A stretch of 62,860 nt of DNA, the filler included. It is 5 parts of 5 records of this genome, joined end to end, with 100 filler letters (N's around TTAATTAATTAA, not from the genome) between each part and the next. Parts side by side here need not be neighbours in the genome. Positions count along the whole stretch, not along the records: positions 36,571 to 45,055 come from SRR20825006_250; positions 45,156 to 53,953 come from SRR20825006_254; 3 more parts are not named here. One strand, written 5' to 3'. The position numbers and the translations under genes were made by a program. How positions within the stretch are numbered: the first letter of the stretch is position 1; each line of letters begins with the position of its first letter. This document shows, piece after piece, positions 40,047-49,557 of the stretch. A model generated the notes under the pieces. It was not told the DNA's origin. It did not search any database and worked only from the letters and a program-made list of their open reading frames with translations.

Positions 40047-42749
40047 TTACAGGAAGCGCGCCACCTCCTTCACTTCGAAGACTTCGATCTTGTCGCCTTC
40101 TTTCACGTCGTTGTAGCTCTTCACCGCGATGCCACACTCCATGCCGTTACGCACTTCAGGCACATCGTCCTTGAAGCGACGCAGGGATTCCAGCTCGCCT
40201 TCGAAGACCACTACATCGTCGCGCAGAACGCGGATCGGACGGTTCCGGTACAACGTACCTTCCACCACCATACAGCCGGCAACAGCACCGAACTTGGAAG
40301 AACGGAACACGTCGCGCACCTGAGCCACACCAAGGATCTCTTCGCGTTTTTCCGGCGCCAGCAAACCACTCATGGCCTGCTTCACATCGTCAATCAGCTC
40401 ATAAATCACGCTGTAGTAACGCAGGTCGATGCCTTCCTGCTCGCAGGTTTTCTTGGCCTTGGAATCTGCACGAACGTTAAAGCCCAGCAACACACCTTCA
40501 CTGGTCATGGCCAGGTTAACGTCGGATTCGTTGATCGCACCAACGCCGCTGGAGACCAGATTCACCTTCACTTCATCGGTGCCCAGATCATTCAGGGCAC
40601 TGGTCAGCGCTTCCAGTGAACCGCGCACATCGGTCTTCAACACGATGTTGACGGTCTTGGTTTCTGCGCTGCCCATATTTTCAAACAGGTTTTCCAGTTT
40701 GGATGCCTGTTGACGCTTGAGCTTGAGCTCACGGTCACGTTCCTGACGGAATTCGGCCACTTCCCGCGCTTTACGCTCGTCGGTCACAACCTGGATCTGT
40801 TCACCGGCTTCCGGTGCGCCATTCAGGCCCAACACTTCCAGCGGAATAGACGGGCCAGCTTTTTTGATTGGCTTGCCATTCTCATCGATCATCGCCCGCA
40901 CACGGCCAAAGTGAGCACCGGCCAGCAGCATGTCACCGATCTGCAGCTCACCACCTTGAACCAGGATGGACGCAACGGTACCGCGACCTTTCTCGATACG
41001 GGACTCGATGACCACACCAGTGGCTGAACCAGACGCCTGAGCCTGCAGCTCCAGCAATTCAGATTGCAGCAGAATGGCATCCAGCAGATCATCGATGCCT
41101 TGGCCAGTATGGGCCGACACATTAATGAACTGGTACTCGCCACCCCACTCTTCCGGGATCACATCCTTGGTCGCCATCTCGTTACGCACGCGATCAGGAT
41201 CCGCCTGTTCTTTATCGATCTTGTTGACCGCAATAATGATCGGCGCACCGGATGCTTTCGCGTGGTTGATCGCTTCTTCGGTTTGCGGCATCAGGCCATC
41301 ATCGGCCGCCACCACAATCACCACGATATCGGTGGCTTTGGCACCACGGGCACGCATGGCGGTAAAGGCCGCGTGACCGGGAGTATCGAGGAAGGTAATC
41401 ATGCCCTTCTCGTGCTCGACGTGGTACGCACCAATGTGCTGGGTAATGCCGCCCGCTTCACCGCTTGCCACCTTGGCTTTACGGATATAGTCCAGCAGGG
41501 AAGTCTTACCGTGGTCCACGTGGCCCATGATGGTAACAACAGGAGCACGGTGCTCGGAATCCACGCTGTCACGGGTAACCAGATCCGCGGCCAGATGATC
41601 TTCAAGCAGCTCTTCCTGCCCTTTGCTGGCAATGGGCTTGTGCCCCATCTCTTCCACCAGCAGGAAGGCGGTTTCCTGATCGATCGGCTGATTAACCGTG
41701 ACCATCTCGCCCATCTTCATCAGGGACTTGATCAGCGACTTGGCCTTGACGTTCATACGCTGGGCCAGGTCGGTCACAGTAATAGTATCTGGAACTTCGA
41801 CTTCGTAGATTTTCTTCTCCGTCGGCGTTTTAAAGCCATGCTGCTTGTTCATGGAGCTCTTCATCTTGCCGTGCACAACACCCGCAACCTTGGGTTTGCG
41901 ACGACGACGGCGAGACTGACGCTCTTCACGCTGATAGCTGGCTTCCTGGGCAGCATTAACGATGGACGAACCCTTGTCCTTTTCGTCTTCCGCAGCAGGC
42001 TTTTTCTCTTCCTGCTCGCCACGCTTTTCCAGTTCTGCCGCAATGCGGGCCGCTTCTTCGGCCGTGCGGCGAGCAGCTTCTTCTTCCGCTTTCTTGCGAG
42101 CTTCCGCTTCCTGTTTGCGCTTGGCTTCGTCAGCTTCACGCTGCTTGCGCTCGGCTTCTTCGCGCTTGGCTTTTTCTTCCGGCGTTTCTTCCTTGGCTGG
42201 TTTCTTGGTTGCAGAAACCTTTGGCACAGAAACGCGCTTACTCTTTTCTTCCGCCGCTTTTTCGCCGGCAGCCTTGCGTTCCTGCTCAGCTTTGGCGCGG
42301 GCTTCGTCTTCCTTCAACCGTGCCGCTTCATCATCCGCAGCACGTTTCGCGGCCTCTTCTGCCGCGCGTTTCTCTTCTTCCGCAGCACGCGCAGCTTCTT
42401 CAGCCGCCAGGCGTTCTGCTTCTTCACGCTCTTCCGCTTCCAACACATCGCGTTTCACGTAGGTGCGTTTCTTGCGCACCTCCACGTTCACGGTCTTGGA
42501 CTTGCCGGCAGCGCCGGTGGTCTTGATGGTGCTGGTGGATTTACGCTTCAGCGTAATTTTCTTTCCACTGCTTTCGTCCTGGGCACCATGAGACTTGCGC
42601 AGATGCGCCAGTAGCTGCTGCTTCTGTTCATCGGAGACCACTTCGCTGGCATCGCCATGGGGCAACCCTGCGTCTTTCATCTGCGTGAGCAGCTTCTCGA
42701 CGGGCGTCCCTACGATGTCGGCCAGTTTCTTTACGGTCGTTTCTGCCAT
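40047..42749 (-). CDS. infB: Translation initiation factor IF-2
   Basis: [35 protein letters not shown]. Confidence 0.99.
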   Translation of the reverse strand: MAETTVKKLADIVGTPVEKLLTQMKDAGLPHGDASEVVSDEQKQQLLAHLRKSHGAQDESSGKKITLKRKSTSTIKTTGAAGKSKTVNVEVRKKRTYVKRDVLEAEEREEAERLAAEEAARAAEEEKRAAEEAAKRAADDEAARLKEDEARAKAEQERKAAGEKAAEEKSKRVSVPKVSATKKPAKEETPEEKAKREEAERKQREADEAKRKQEAEARKKAEEEAARRTAEEAARIAAELEKRGEQEEKKPAAEDEKDKGSSIVNAAQEASYQREERQSRRRRRKPKVAGVVHGKMKSSMNKQHGFKTPTEKKIYEVEVPDTITVTDLAQRMNVKAKSLIKSLMKMGEMVTVNQPIDQETAFLLVEEMGHKPIASKGQEELLEDHLAADLVTRDSVDSEHRAPVVTIMGHVDHGKTSLLDYIRKAKVASGEAGGITQHIGAYHVEHEKGMITFLDTPGHAAFTAMRARGAKATDIVVIVVAADDGLMPQTEEAINHAKASGAPIIIAVNKIDKEQADPDRVRNEMATKDVIPEEWGGEYQFINVSAHTGQGIDDLLDAILLQSELLELQAQASGSATGVVIESRIEKGRGTVASILVQGGELQIGDMLLAGAHFGRVRAMIDENGKPIKKAGPSIPLEVLGLNGAPEAGEQIQVVTDERKAREVAEFRQERDRELKLKRQQASKLENLFENMGSAETKTVNIVLKTDVRGSLEALTSALNDLGTDEVKVNLVSSGVGAINESDVNLAMTSEGVLLGFNVRADSKAKKTCEQEGIDLRYYSVIYELIDDVKQAMSGLLAPEKREEILGVAQVRDVFRSSKFGAVAGCMVVEGTLYRNRPIRVLRDDVVVFEGELESLRRFKDDVPEVRNGMECGIAVKSYNDVKEGDKIEVFEVKEVARFL

Positions 42750-42811
42750 GTCAGCAACACTCTCCTGTCCGTCTCTGATGGTGCCTGCTTGATCAGCCTG
42801 AAAAGGGGCAG

Positions 42812-44320
42812 TTATGCCCCGGCTTCGTCTTCGCCTTCAAACCAGGGCGCCCGTGCAGTCATGATCAACTCGGCTGCACGCTCTTCGCTCAGGCCTTCAA
42901 TTTCCAGCAGGTCATCCACCGCCTGTTCGGCGAGGTCTTCCATCGTGACAATGCCACGGGAAGCCAATTCAACGGCCAGCTCACGGTCCATACCTTCCAT
43001 GCGCAGAAGGTCTTCCGCAGGCTCGGCCTGTTCAAACTTCTCTTCAGAGACCAGGGCTTTGGTCAGCAGCGCGTCTTTGGCGCGCTGGCGCAACAGCTCC
43101 ACGATCTCTTCATCAAATCCGTCAATGGCCAGCATCTCTTCCTCGGGCACATAGGCCACTTCTTCGAGGGTAGAGAAACCTTCATCAACCAGCACGCCCG
43201 CCACATCTTCGTCCACGTCCAGCTCATTGATGAACGTCTGCAGGGCCTGCTCCGCTTCTTCTTCCTGTTTGGTCTCAGCGTCATCAATGGTCATGACGTT
43301 GAGCTCCCAGCCGGTCAGCTCGGAGGCCAAACGAATGTTCTGCCCGCTGCGACCAATGGCCTGTGCCAGTGCGGATTCGTCTTCCACGGCAATATCCATG
43401 GAATGACTTTCTTCATCCATCACGATGGAGGCCACTTCCGCCGGCTGCATGGCGTTAATCACCAACTGCGCCGGGTTGTCGTCCCACAGGACGATATCGA
43501 TACGCTCACCCGCCAGTTCGTTGGACACCGCCTGAACACGCGCGCCGCGCATACCCACACAAGCACCCACCGGATCGATGCGCTGATCGTTGGTCTTCAC
43601 GGCAATCTTGGCGCGGGAGCCGGGATCACGGGCGGCGCCCTTGATCTCGATCAGCTCTTCACCGATCTCCGGCACTTCAATCTTGAACAATTCGATCAGC
43701 ATGTCCGGGCAAGCACGGCTGGCGAACAGCTGCGGGCCACGGTTTTCTTCATTCACGCCCAACAGATAGGCACGAATGCGATCGTTCTGGCGAACGGCTT
43801 CACGCGGGATCATGTGCTCGCGGGTAATCAGCGCTTCGGCATTACCACCGAGATCCAGAATAATGGAATCGCGGCTGGCTTTTTTCACTGTGCCGCTGAC
43901 CAGATCACCGATGCGATCACGGTATTCTTCAACAATCTGACGGCGCTCGGCTTCACGTACCTTCTGTACGATAACCTGCTTGGCAGTCTGTGCAGCGATA
44001 CGACCAAAGGCTTCGGATTCGACTTCCTCTTCCCAGATATCACCGATCTGCAGCGACGTATCCTGCTCGTGCGCTTCATCCAGAGTCAGCTGCTTGCCAA
44101 ATTCGTAGAGCTCCTCGTCCGGCACCACGTGCCACACACGGAAACTCCTGGCATTGCCGGACACCCGGTCAATATCCACACGAATCTCTACGTCTTCTTG
44201 CTTGAAACGTTTCTTGGTGGCCGCCGCGAGCGCCAGTTCAATGGCCTCGAAGATTACGTCCCGGCTTACACCTTTCTCGTTTGATACTGTTTCCGCTACC
44301 AGCAGGATCTCTTTGTTCAT
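42812..44320 (-). CDS. nusA: Transcription factor NusA
   Basis: [41 protein letters not shown]; start corrected to 44320. Confidence 0.99.
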   Translation of the reverse strand: MNKEILLVAETVSNEKGVSRDVIFEAIELALAAATKKRFKQEDVEIRVDIDRVSGNARSFRVWHVVPDEELYEFGKQLTLDEAHEQDTSLQIGDIWEEEVESEAFGRIAAQTAKQVIVQKVREAERRQIVEEYRDRIGDLVSGTVKKASRDSIILDLGGNAEALITREHMIPREAVRQNDRIRAYLLGVNEENRGPQLFASRACPDMLIELFKIEVPEIGEELIEIKGAARDPGSRAKIAVKTNDQRIDPVGACVGMRGARVQAVSNELAGERIDIVLWDDNPAQLVINAMQPAEVASIVMDEESHSMDIAVEDESALAQAIGRSGQNIRLASELTGWELNVMTIDDAETKQEEEAEQALQTFINELDVDEDVAGVLVDEGFSTLEEVAYVPEEEMLAIDGFDEEIVELLRQRAKDALLTKALVSEEKFEQAEPAEDLLRMEGMDRELAVELASRGIVTMEDLAEQAVDDLLEIEGLSEERAAELIMTARAPWFEGEDEAGA

Positions 44321-44360
44321 GGCCAGGCCTTTACAAAGACTAAAGTTCTTCAGGGCGTGC

Positions 44361-44816
44361 TCAGTCGAAGCGAGGCTGCAACCGGGCACGATCTACCTGA
44401 CTGTAAGGAACACGCAAGGTTTCGCCATCCAGCTCAACCACCAGCGTATCGCCATCCACGGCCACAATGGCCGCCGTCATTTTGCGCTTGCCGCTTACCG
44501 GCGCCAGCAGCTTGAGCTGGACATCTTCACCGATGTAATCGACATACTGCGCAATTTCGAACATGGGCCGATCCATGCCCGGTGAAGACACCTCAAGGTT
44601 GTATTCACCGTTAATCGGATCTTCCACATCCAGCACGCCGCTGACTTCGTGACTCACGGCCGCGCAATTATCTACCGAGATACCGTCTGCATGGTCAATA
44701 AACACACGCAAAACAGCCCCGCGCCCCTGGATGTATTCAACACCCCAGAGCACGAAGCCCAGATCTTCCACTACCGGAGCCAGCAGCTCCGTTAATTGTT
44801 CCGTGCGTTTTGACAT
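44361..44816 (-). CDS. rimP: Ribosome maturation factor RimP
   Basis: [25 protein letters not shown]; start corrected to 44816. Confidence 0.98.
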   Translation of the reverse strand: MSKRTEQLTELLAPVVEDLGFVLWGVEYIQGRGAVLRVFIDHADGISVDNCAAVSHEVSGVLDVEDPINGEYNLEVSSPGMDRPMFEIAQYVDYIGEDVQLKLLAPVSGKRKMTAAIVAVDGDTLVVELDGETLRVPYSQVDRARLQPRFD

Positions 44817-44937
44817 AAAACTTTCCGACGGTACAAACAAAAAATGGGCCCGAGGATGTCACAGCGATTGCAGCTTTGCTGCACAACGACCGTGTATCCA
44901 CCGCCCATTCCCACTAACCGGGTCGGTTTGCGGATAA

Positions 44938-44967
44938 CAAAAAGCCCCTGCTAGAGGGGCTTTTTGT
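44938..44967 (-). terminator. Terminator downstream of tRNA-Met
   Basis: CAAAAAGCCCCT-GCT-AGAGGGGCTTTTTG. Confidence 0.85.
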
Positions 44968-45005
44968 CCGCTTTGAACCAGAGGTGTTTTTCTGGTTCAT
45001 CTAAG

Positions 45006-45055
<50 letters not shown>

Positions 45056-45155
45056 NNNNNNNNNNNNNNNNNNNNNNNNNNNNNNNNNNNNNNNNNNNNT
45101 TAATTAATTAANNNNNNNNNNNNNNNNNNNNNNNNNNNNNNNNNNNNNNNNNNNN
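45056..45155. other. Artificial contig linker
   Basis: N-run + TTAATTAATTAA + N-run. Confidence 0.99.
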
Positions 45156-45940
45156 AGGTTCATCTTGGCCAGTTTGTAGGTGGTGCTGGTTTGCTCCTGA
45201 CCGTAGATGGAGATGTCTTTCTTGTTGCCCTGATGGTTGTCGATAAACTTAACGGACTGCACGAACATGCCGCCCGAGCCACAACAAGGGTCGTAGATTT
45301 TGCCGTGGTAAGGTTCGATCATTTCCGCCAGCAGGTTAACCACGCACTTGGGAGTATAGAACTCGCCCCCGCCCTTGCCTTCGGTGGCGGCAAACTTGCC
45401 CAGGAAGTACTCATACACCCGCCCGACAATATCCAGCTCGCTGGCGGCCTGCTGCTCCGGGCTGGCCATATCGCTGCGCACCAGGGTGTCGATATTGTTA
45501 ATGGAGTCGATCAGCGCCGACAGCTTGCTCACATCAATACCCAAGCGTGAGAAATAGTTGTCGGGCAAGGCGCCTTTCAGTGCGGGGTTGTTCTTCTCCA
45601 GAGTGTGCAGGGCAGTGTCGATTTTCACCGCGATGTCGTCTTGCTTGGCCTGCTTCTGGATAGATGACCAGCGGGCCGCTTCCGGCAGGTAGAACACGTT
45701 TTTCATGGTGTAGAACTCCACCATGTCCACATAGTCGCCCTGCCCCTCGTCGATAAGCTGCTGCTTGCGCTGTTCGAAGGTGTCACTCACAAACTTGAGG
45801 AAGATCAGGCTGAGCACCACGTGCTTGTACTCAGAGGACTCCACCGTACCGCGCAGCTTGTCGGCGGTGTCCCACAGGGTTTGCTCAAAGCTTTTTTGTT
45901 TAGCGGGGGCTTTCTTCTTGGCGCTTGTCGTCCTGGCCAT
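45156..45940 (-). CDS. hsdM: Type I restriction-modification methyltransferase M subunit (3' truncated)
   Basis: LWDTADKLRG, GRVYEYFLGKFA..EGKGGGEFYTP, IYDPCCGSGGMF, IYGQE. Confidence 0.97.
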
Positions 45941-46247
45941 ACTGCTTCCTTATGCTGCCATATAAGTGTGGCATGGGGTGTTGTGATTAAGCCAAGAATT
46001 GTAGCAGTAATCGTTACTGACTAGGCAACGCTATACGCCACAACCGAACGCTCCCAGCTGCACCACCCCACCCTGAGGCGTGCAGCGCCCAGTGCCCCAA
46101 GTCGGGAGTGACGAATGAAGCCGGTGAAGGCCAGGCAGCGACGGTGCGGCGGAGCCGCCCTAGCTGCACTGGCCAAGCCTGCTGAGTGATGAGCGAGCGG
46201 CGCTGGGAGCACGGCGGCGAGGCACGCCGCTATTAATAAACCAAGAG

Positions 46248-46321
46248 ATTTAACATAGGACTGATTATGTGGCGAACGCAGACAGTGCTCGCACTGCACA
46301 TAATCCCGTCTTATGTTTAAC
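46248..46321. other. Inverted pair of dif-like (XerC/XerD) sites
   Basis: ATTTAACATAG-GACTGA-TTATGTGGCGA (46248-46275) and ACTGCACATAA-TCCCGTC-TTATGTTTAAC (46293-46321); compare E. coli dif GGTGCGCATAA-TGTATA-TTATGTTAAAT. Confidence 0.65.
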
Positions 46322-46342
46322 CTCGCAGGCCATTATTTGTGT

Positions 46343-46392
46343 AAAAAAAGAGACTCCAGATACACGCCTGAGCGGCGGTATCTGGAGTCTCT
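46343..46392 (-). terminator. Terminator of radC
   Basis: 15-bp stem AGAGACTCCAGATAC/GTATCTGGAGTCTCT with a T-run on the minus strand. Confidence 0.8.
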
Positions 46393-46402
46393 GATGAGTG
46401 GT

Positions 46403-46894
46403 TTATAAGCGCCCTTCTTGAGCTAGGGAGCAACAGCCCGTGTCACCCACCACGATATGGTCAAGTACTCGCACATCGACTACACCGAGGGCTTCTCTGA
46501 GCTTACGGGTGATACGGATGTCGGCATCGCTGGGGTCAACTTTTCCTGATGGATGATTGTGAACCAGTATCACTGCTGCCGCATTAAGCTCAAGAGAGCG
46601 ACGTACCACTACGCGTGGGTGAACGCTGGCACCATCTATGGTGCCCCGGAACAGGCGCTCAAAGGCAATCATGCAGTGCTGGTTGTCGAGAAAGATGCAG
46701 CAGAATTGCTCGTCCCTTTCTGCTGAAACCTGGAGGCGGCAGTAGTCTTTAACAACTTCAGCTGAGGTGAGTTGCTCTCCTTTCTTCAGTCGGTCACCGA
46801 GTATTTCAATCGCTGCTTCGACGACCTGGCGTTGATTGTGAGATAAGTCGGCGAAGTATTGAGGGGCCTTGGTTTCATTGAGTTCGTTGATCAC
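46403..46894 (-). CDS. radC: RadC-like JAB/MPN domain protein (short mobile-element type)
   Basis: EQFCCIFLDNQH, LFRGTIDGASVHPR, HNHPSG..PSDADIRIT, LDHIVVG; RBS AAAGGAG. Confidence 0.95.
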   Translation of the reverse strand: MINELNETKAPQYFADLSHNQRQVVEAAIEILGDRLKKGEQLTSAEVVKDYCRLQVSAERDEQFCCIFLDNQHCMIAFERLFRGTIDGASVHPRVVVRRSLELNAAAVILVHNHPSGKVDPSDADIRITRKLREALGVVDVRVLDHIVVGDTGCCSLAQEGRL

Positions 46895-46935
46895 GGTAGC
46901 TCTCCTTTGCGGTACGTACTGCGCTGAATTGCGCG

Positions 46936-46956
46936 TCCTTATTTGCGCGTGAGCGC
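46936..46956 (-). promoter_or_regulatory. Hairpin promoter-like motif, copy 1 (upstream of radC)
   Basis: Plus (template) strand TCC-TTATTT-GCGC-GTGA-GCGC; near-identical to copy 2. Confidence 0.55.
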
Positions 46957-47008
46957 CAAGACCGTCGTGTGCGAGCTGGCTACAGGTGGAGACTGTCTGA
47001 GATGTGTA

Positions 47009-47028
47009 GAAAAAAGCCCCGAAGGGCT
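47009..47028 (-). terminator. Terminator of the 58-aa gene
   Basis: Minus strand AGCCC-TTCG-GGGCTTTTTT directly after the TAA. Confidence 0.85.
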
Positions 47029-47204
47029 TAGATAGATGTGAGTTCTTTTAATCGCGCTTGACGCTTAACAGTGGCCTCGTCGGCGAAGCTTGCCGCTTCT
47101 TCCTCGGCCACTCGGGCGAGGTGTTCAAACGCTGTGGCACCACGCTCAGCTGCACTGCACAGGGTGGTAAGGGTTGCCCATATCTGAGCGATAAAGTTCC
47201 GCAT
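47028..47204 (-). CDS. 58-aa helical phage-like hypothetical protein (not in ORF track)
   Basis: MRNFIAQIWATLTTLCSAAERGATAFEHLARVAEEEAASFADEATVKRQARLKELTSI; RBS AAGGAG 7 nt upstream; own terminator. Confidence 0.82.
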   Translation of the reverse strand: MRNFIAQIWATLTTLCSAAERGATAFEHLARVAEEEAASFADEATVKRQARLKELTSI

Positions 47205-47226
47205 TGGTATTCTCCTTGGTTTGGTT

Positions 47227-47247
47227 TCCTTTTGTGCGCGCGAGCGC
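47227..47247 (-). promoter_or_regulatory. Hairpin promoter-like motif, copy 2 (upstream of 58-aa gene)
   Basis: Plus (template) strand TCC-TTTTGT-GCGC-GCGA-GCGC. Confidence 0.55.
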
Positions 47248-47363
47248 TATGAGGTGAAGAGCAAGACTAGAGGGGGGGTACCTCAAAAACCTGTGTTTTG
47301 AGGAGCGTTACTAGGGCCGTAGGCAGGTGAGCAATTTCTGAGAACCCGCGAGCCGAGTTAGGC

Positions 47364-47532
47364 TATCGCCTGATATCGCCGTTTTGCTTGTTTAGCGGTG
47401 AGTTAGAATGTCGGTAGTGAGGTACCAAGCTTGTCTTGAAACCAGAAAGCACAGGCCAGCATGGGTGTAGATAGAATATCGGTGTATATCGGTTGAGTGC
47501 TCGATAGGGTTAGCCTATCGGTGTGTATCGGT
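47364..47532 (+). repeat. Three pairs of 10-bp-phased TATCG repeats
   Basis: TATCGCC at 47364/47374; TATCGGT at 47477/47487 and 47516/47526. Confidence 0.75.
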
Positions 47533-48037
47533 ATGCACTAAAACGCTGACCGCAGAGCCACTCTGCCCCCTACGAATACATAGCGCACCAAAATAAAAAT
47601 CCCTGTAAATCAATAACCTACACGCTGCCTATATATAAGGGGGACTCCAGCCCCTCCCTTCCGGGTGGCCGGTCCTATCCCTCCGGGCTAGGAACGTCCT
47701 TTGGCACACTCGATGAGTGCCCCCACGGGGCACCATCTCCTGACCATCAAGGTCATTCCCTTCCCTCTCCCTCTGAAGCCAGTCACACCTAGCCGACACG
47801 CAGAGTGCCCCAAGGGTTCGCGCAGCGAAGCCCGCCGGGAGCACGGATTGCGTGGAGGTTTGGTGTGGGAGGAGAATATATTTATAAATAAAGCAGATTT
47901 TTCTACGTACTGAGGTTCGTCACGCTACCTCCGTGACTGGCGCGGCGTCCGCAAGCGGAGCCGCTTGTCACTCGTAGCGTTCCTCACCGCCTAGGGCAGG
48001 CCAGAGAAAGCGGAAACATGGCATTACCCTACCTGGC

Positions 48038-48222
48038 AACTGCTACAATACAACATATCTTTAAATTCAATGAGTTACAGGACACGCAAGTGCGACAGAT
48101 AATGCGACAGGCCCACGACAAGTTATTGGTGTTGTACTCATGTCGAGCTTTTGTTGTGGACTTGTCGCACTTTGGCTTCCCGCTATCCCTTACATAGCGG
48201 GAGTTGTAGCGATGTAGCAGTT
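48038..48222. repeat. Nested inverted repeats downstream of DUF3631 (putative replication origin)
   Basis: AACTGCTACA/TGTAGCAGTT, AAGTGCGACA/TGTCGCACTT, CCACGACAA/TTGTTGTGG, TCCCGCTA/TAGCGGGA. Confidence 0.7.
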
Positions 48223-48225
48223 CAA

Positions 48226-49557
48226 TCAGTCAGTGAGATACCGGGCGAAGGCATCATCAAACTGGTCCCGTTCATAGCCCCTCCGAACTCCGTCAGCGAA
48301 ACGTATGTCTTTCGTCTTGATATTGAACGCCCCGAGAAGGCGTGCAATTGCGTGGGCTGTGATGTTTCCTCCACCACGAAAGGATCGCCATGGCTTAGTA
48401 TCGTCAGCACACAGTGCAGTTCTTAATTCACTTGAGCTAATACGATCCCCATTATGCCCCCGCCAAATTTCCTGTATGTCCATTAACAGGCAGCCTTTGG
48501 TGTCCGGCTCAGGTATGTCCGTGATGTCCCGATAAGCCCGATCGCAGCGAGTTAACCAGTCGCCTCCAATGACCTCAGCAACCTGAAACAGAGCGTGCCA
48601 GTTATCGATTGCCCTATCGCTGCCAATATTGGGAGGTTGCACCCGACACTGCTCAACTGCCGCCCGATTATCTAGACACCAACGAAGGATCTTTTGTCGA
48701 GATGGCTTGCATGTTTCAACCAAGTTATTTGGGGGGCTCTGCACCCGCTCAGTAGCAAGCTTGCGGCGAAGATTAATAACTATACTGCGATCCATGATGG
48801 TCGGTGCTAAGTCGCCTATCGACCCTAGCGCCATAGGCATCCAGGCGCTGTAGCCACCGGCATCATGACTGTCACCACTGCACCGCAGAATCACAGAGCC
48901 GCTTCGCGTATGGCCTGCATTCAATATGTTGATGAGTGGTGAGTCACCAGATCGAATTAAAGAGTCTGCTTCATCCAAAAATAGCGTTGGTTGGAAGCTC
49001 TCCGTCATCCGAAAGATCACCGCTGGAGATACATTTGATGACATCACGCAGTCCCTCGCGAAAGCACTTACGACCTCCATTGTGGTCGTTTTGCCGCATC
49101 GCATCATAGGGCTCCGGAAGAAGAGCTTTCCAAACACCCTGAACGAGTTGATGAGGTAACTGGCAAACAGCCACAGGACGATGGCATCAATTTCTCTTTG
49201 TGTTAAGACACAGTGCCTCTGGATAAAATCAGCAATTTCATCAGCCAATTTGGTCCCATCAACTTTAGCTGGCCAGGCATTGAGGTCTTCAGGTATCTGT
49301 CGAACGACTGGCGCTAGTTCGTCAGCACTGGCTTTCTCGCTAGAGCATTGCTCGTTGCCTTTCCTTGTACCTGTAGATTCTAAGCCTGGGGTTATGGGCT
49401 CTGGAGGCGGAATATCCGCCTCCAATGTGTTACTTTCACTTGTGGGGGTATCACTCATAACGGTCTTATCCTCGTTCAAAATTAGGGGCTGTTTCTGCTG
49501 CCAGGCGGGCAGCCCCTTCTCATTTTCTGGTTTCAGTTTGTCTGCGTGCATCGGCAT
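48226..49557 (-). CDS. DUF3631-domain P-loop replication protein
   Basis: SPMMRCGKTT Walker-A-like, PTLFLDEAD Walker B, TIMDRSIVINLRRK, DRAIDNW, C-terminal RGYERDQFDDAFARYL. Confidence 0.85.
   Translation of the reverse strand: MPMHADKLKPENEKGLPAWQQKQPLILNEDKTVMSDTPTSESNTLEADIPPPEPITPGLESTGTRKGNEQCSSEKASADELAPVVRQIPEDLNAWPAKVDGTKLADEIADFIQRHCVLTQREIDAIVLWLFASYLINSFRVFGKLFFRSPMMRCGKTTTMEVVSAFARDCVMSSNVSPAVIFRMTESFQPTLFLDEADSLIRSGDSPLINILNAGHTRSGSVILRCSGDSHDAGGYSAWMPMALGSIGDLAPTIMDRSIVINLRRKLATERVQSPPNNLVETCKPSRQKILRWCLDNRAAVEQCRVQPPNIGSDRAIDNWHALFQVAEVIGGDWLTRCDRAYRDITDIPEPDTKGCLLMDIQEIWRGHNGDRISSSELRTALCADDTKPWRSFRGGGNITAHAIARLLGAFNIKTKDIRFADGVRRGYERDQFDDAFARYLTD

Noticed and set aside
41064-42614. 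516-aa ORF antisense to infB (also 36595-38232, 54006-55415, 9925-11007)
   Set aside because: Shadow ORFs on the opposite strand of well-identified high-GC genes.
46021-47913. Track ORFs 46021-46299, 47058-47252, 47629-47844, 47701-47913
   Set aside because: No RBS or recognisable motifs; they overlap structured DNA or are antisense to the better-supported 58-aa gene.
47250-48220. CRISPR array or retron/DGR repeats in the non-coding block
   Set aside because: No regularly spaced 25-45 bp repeats, and no cas or reverse transcriptase gene anywhere in the window.
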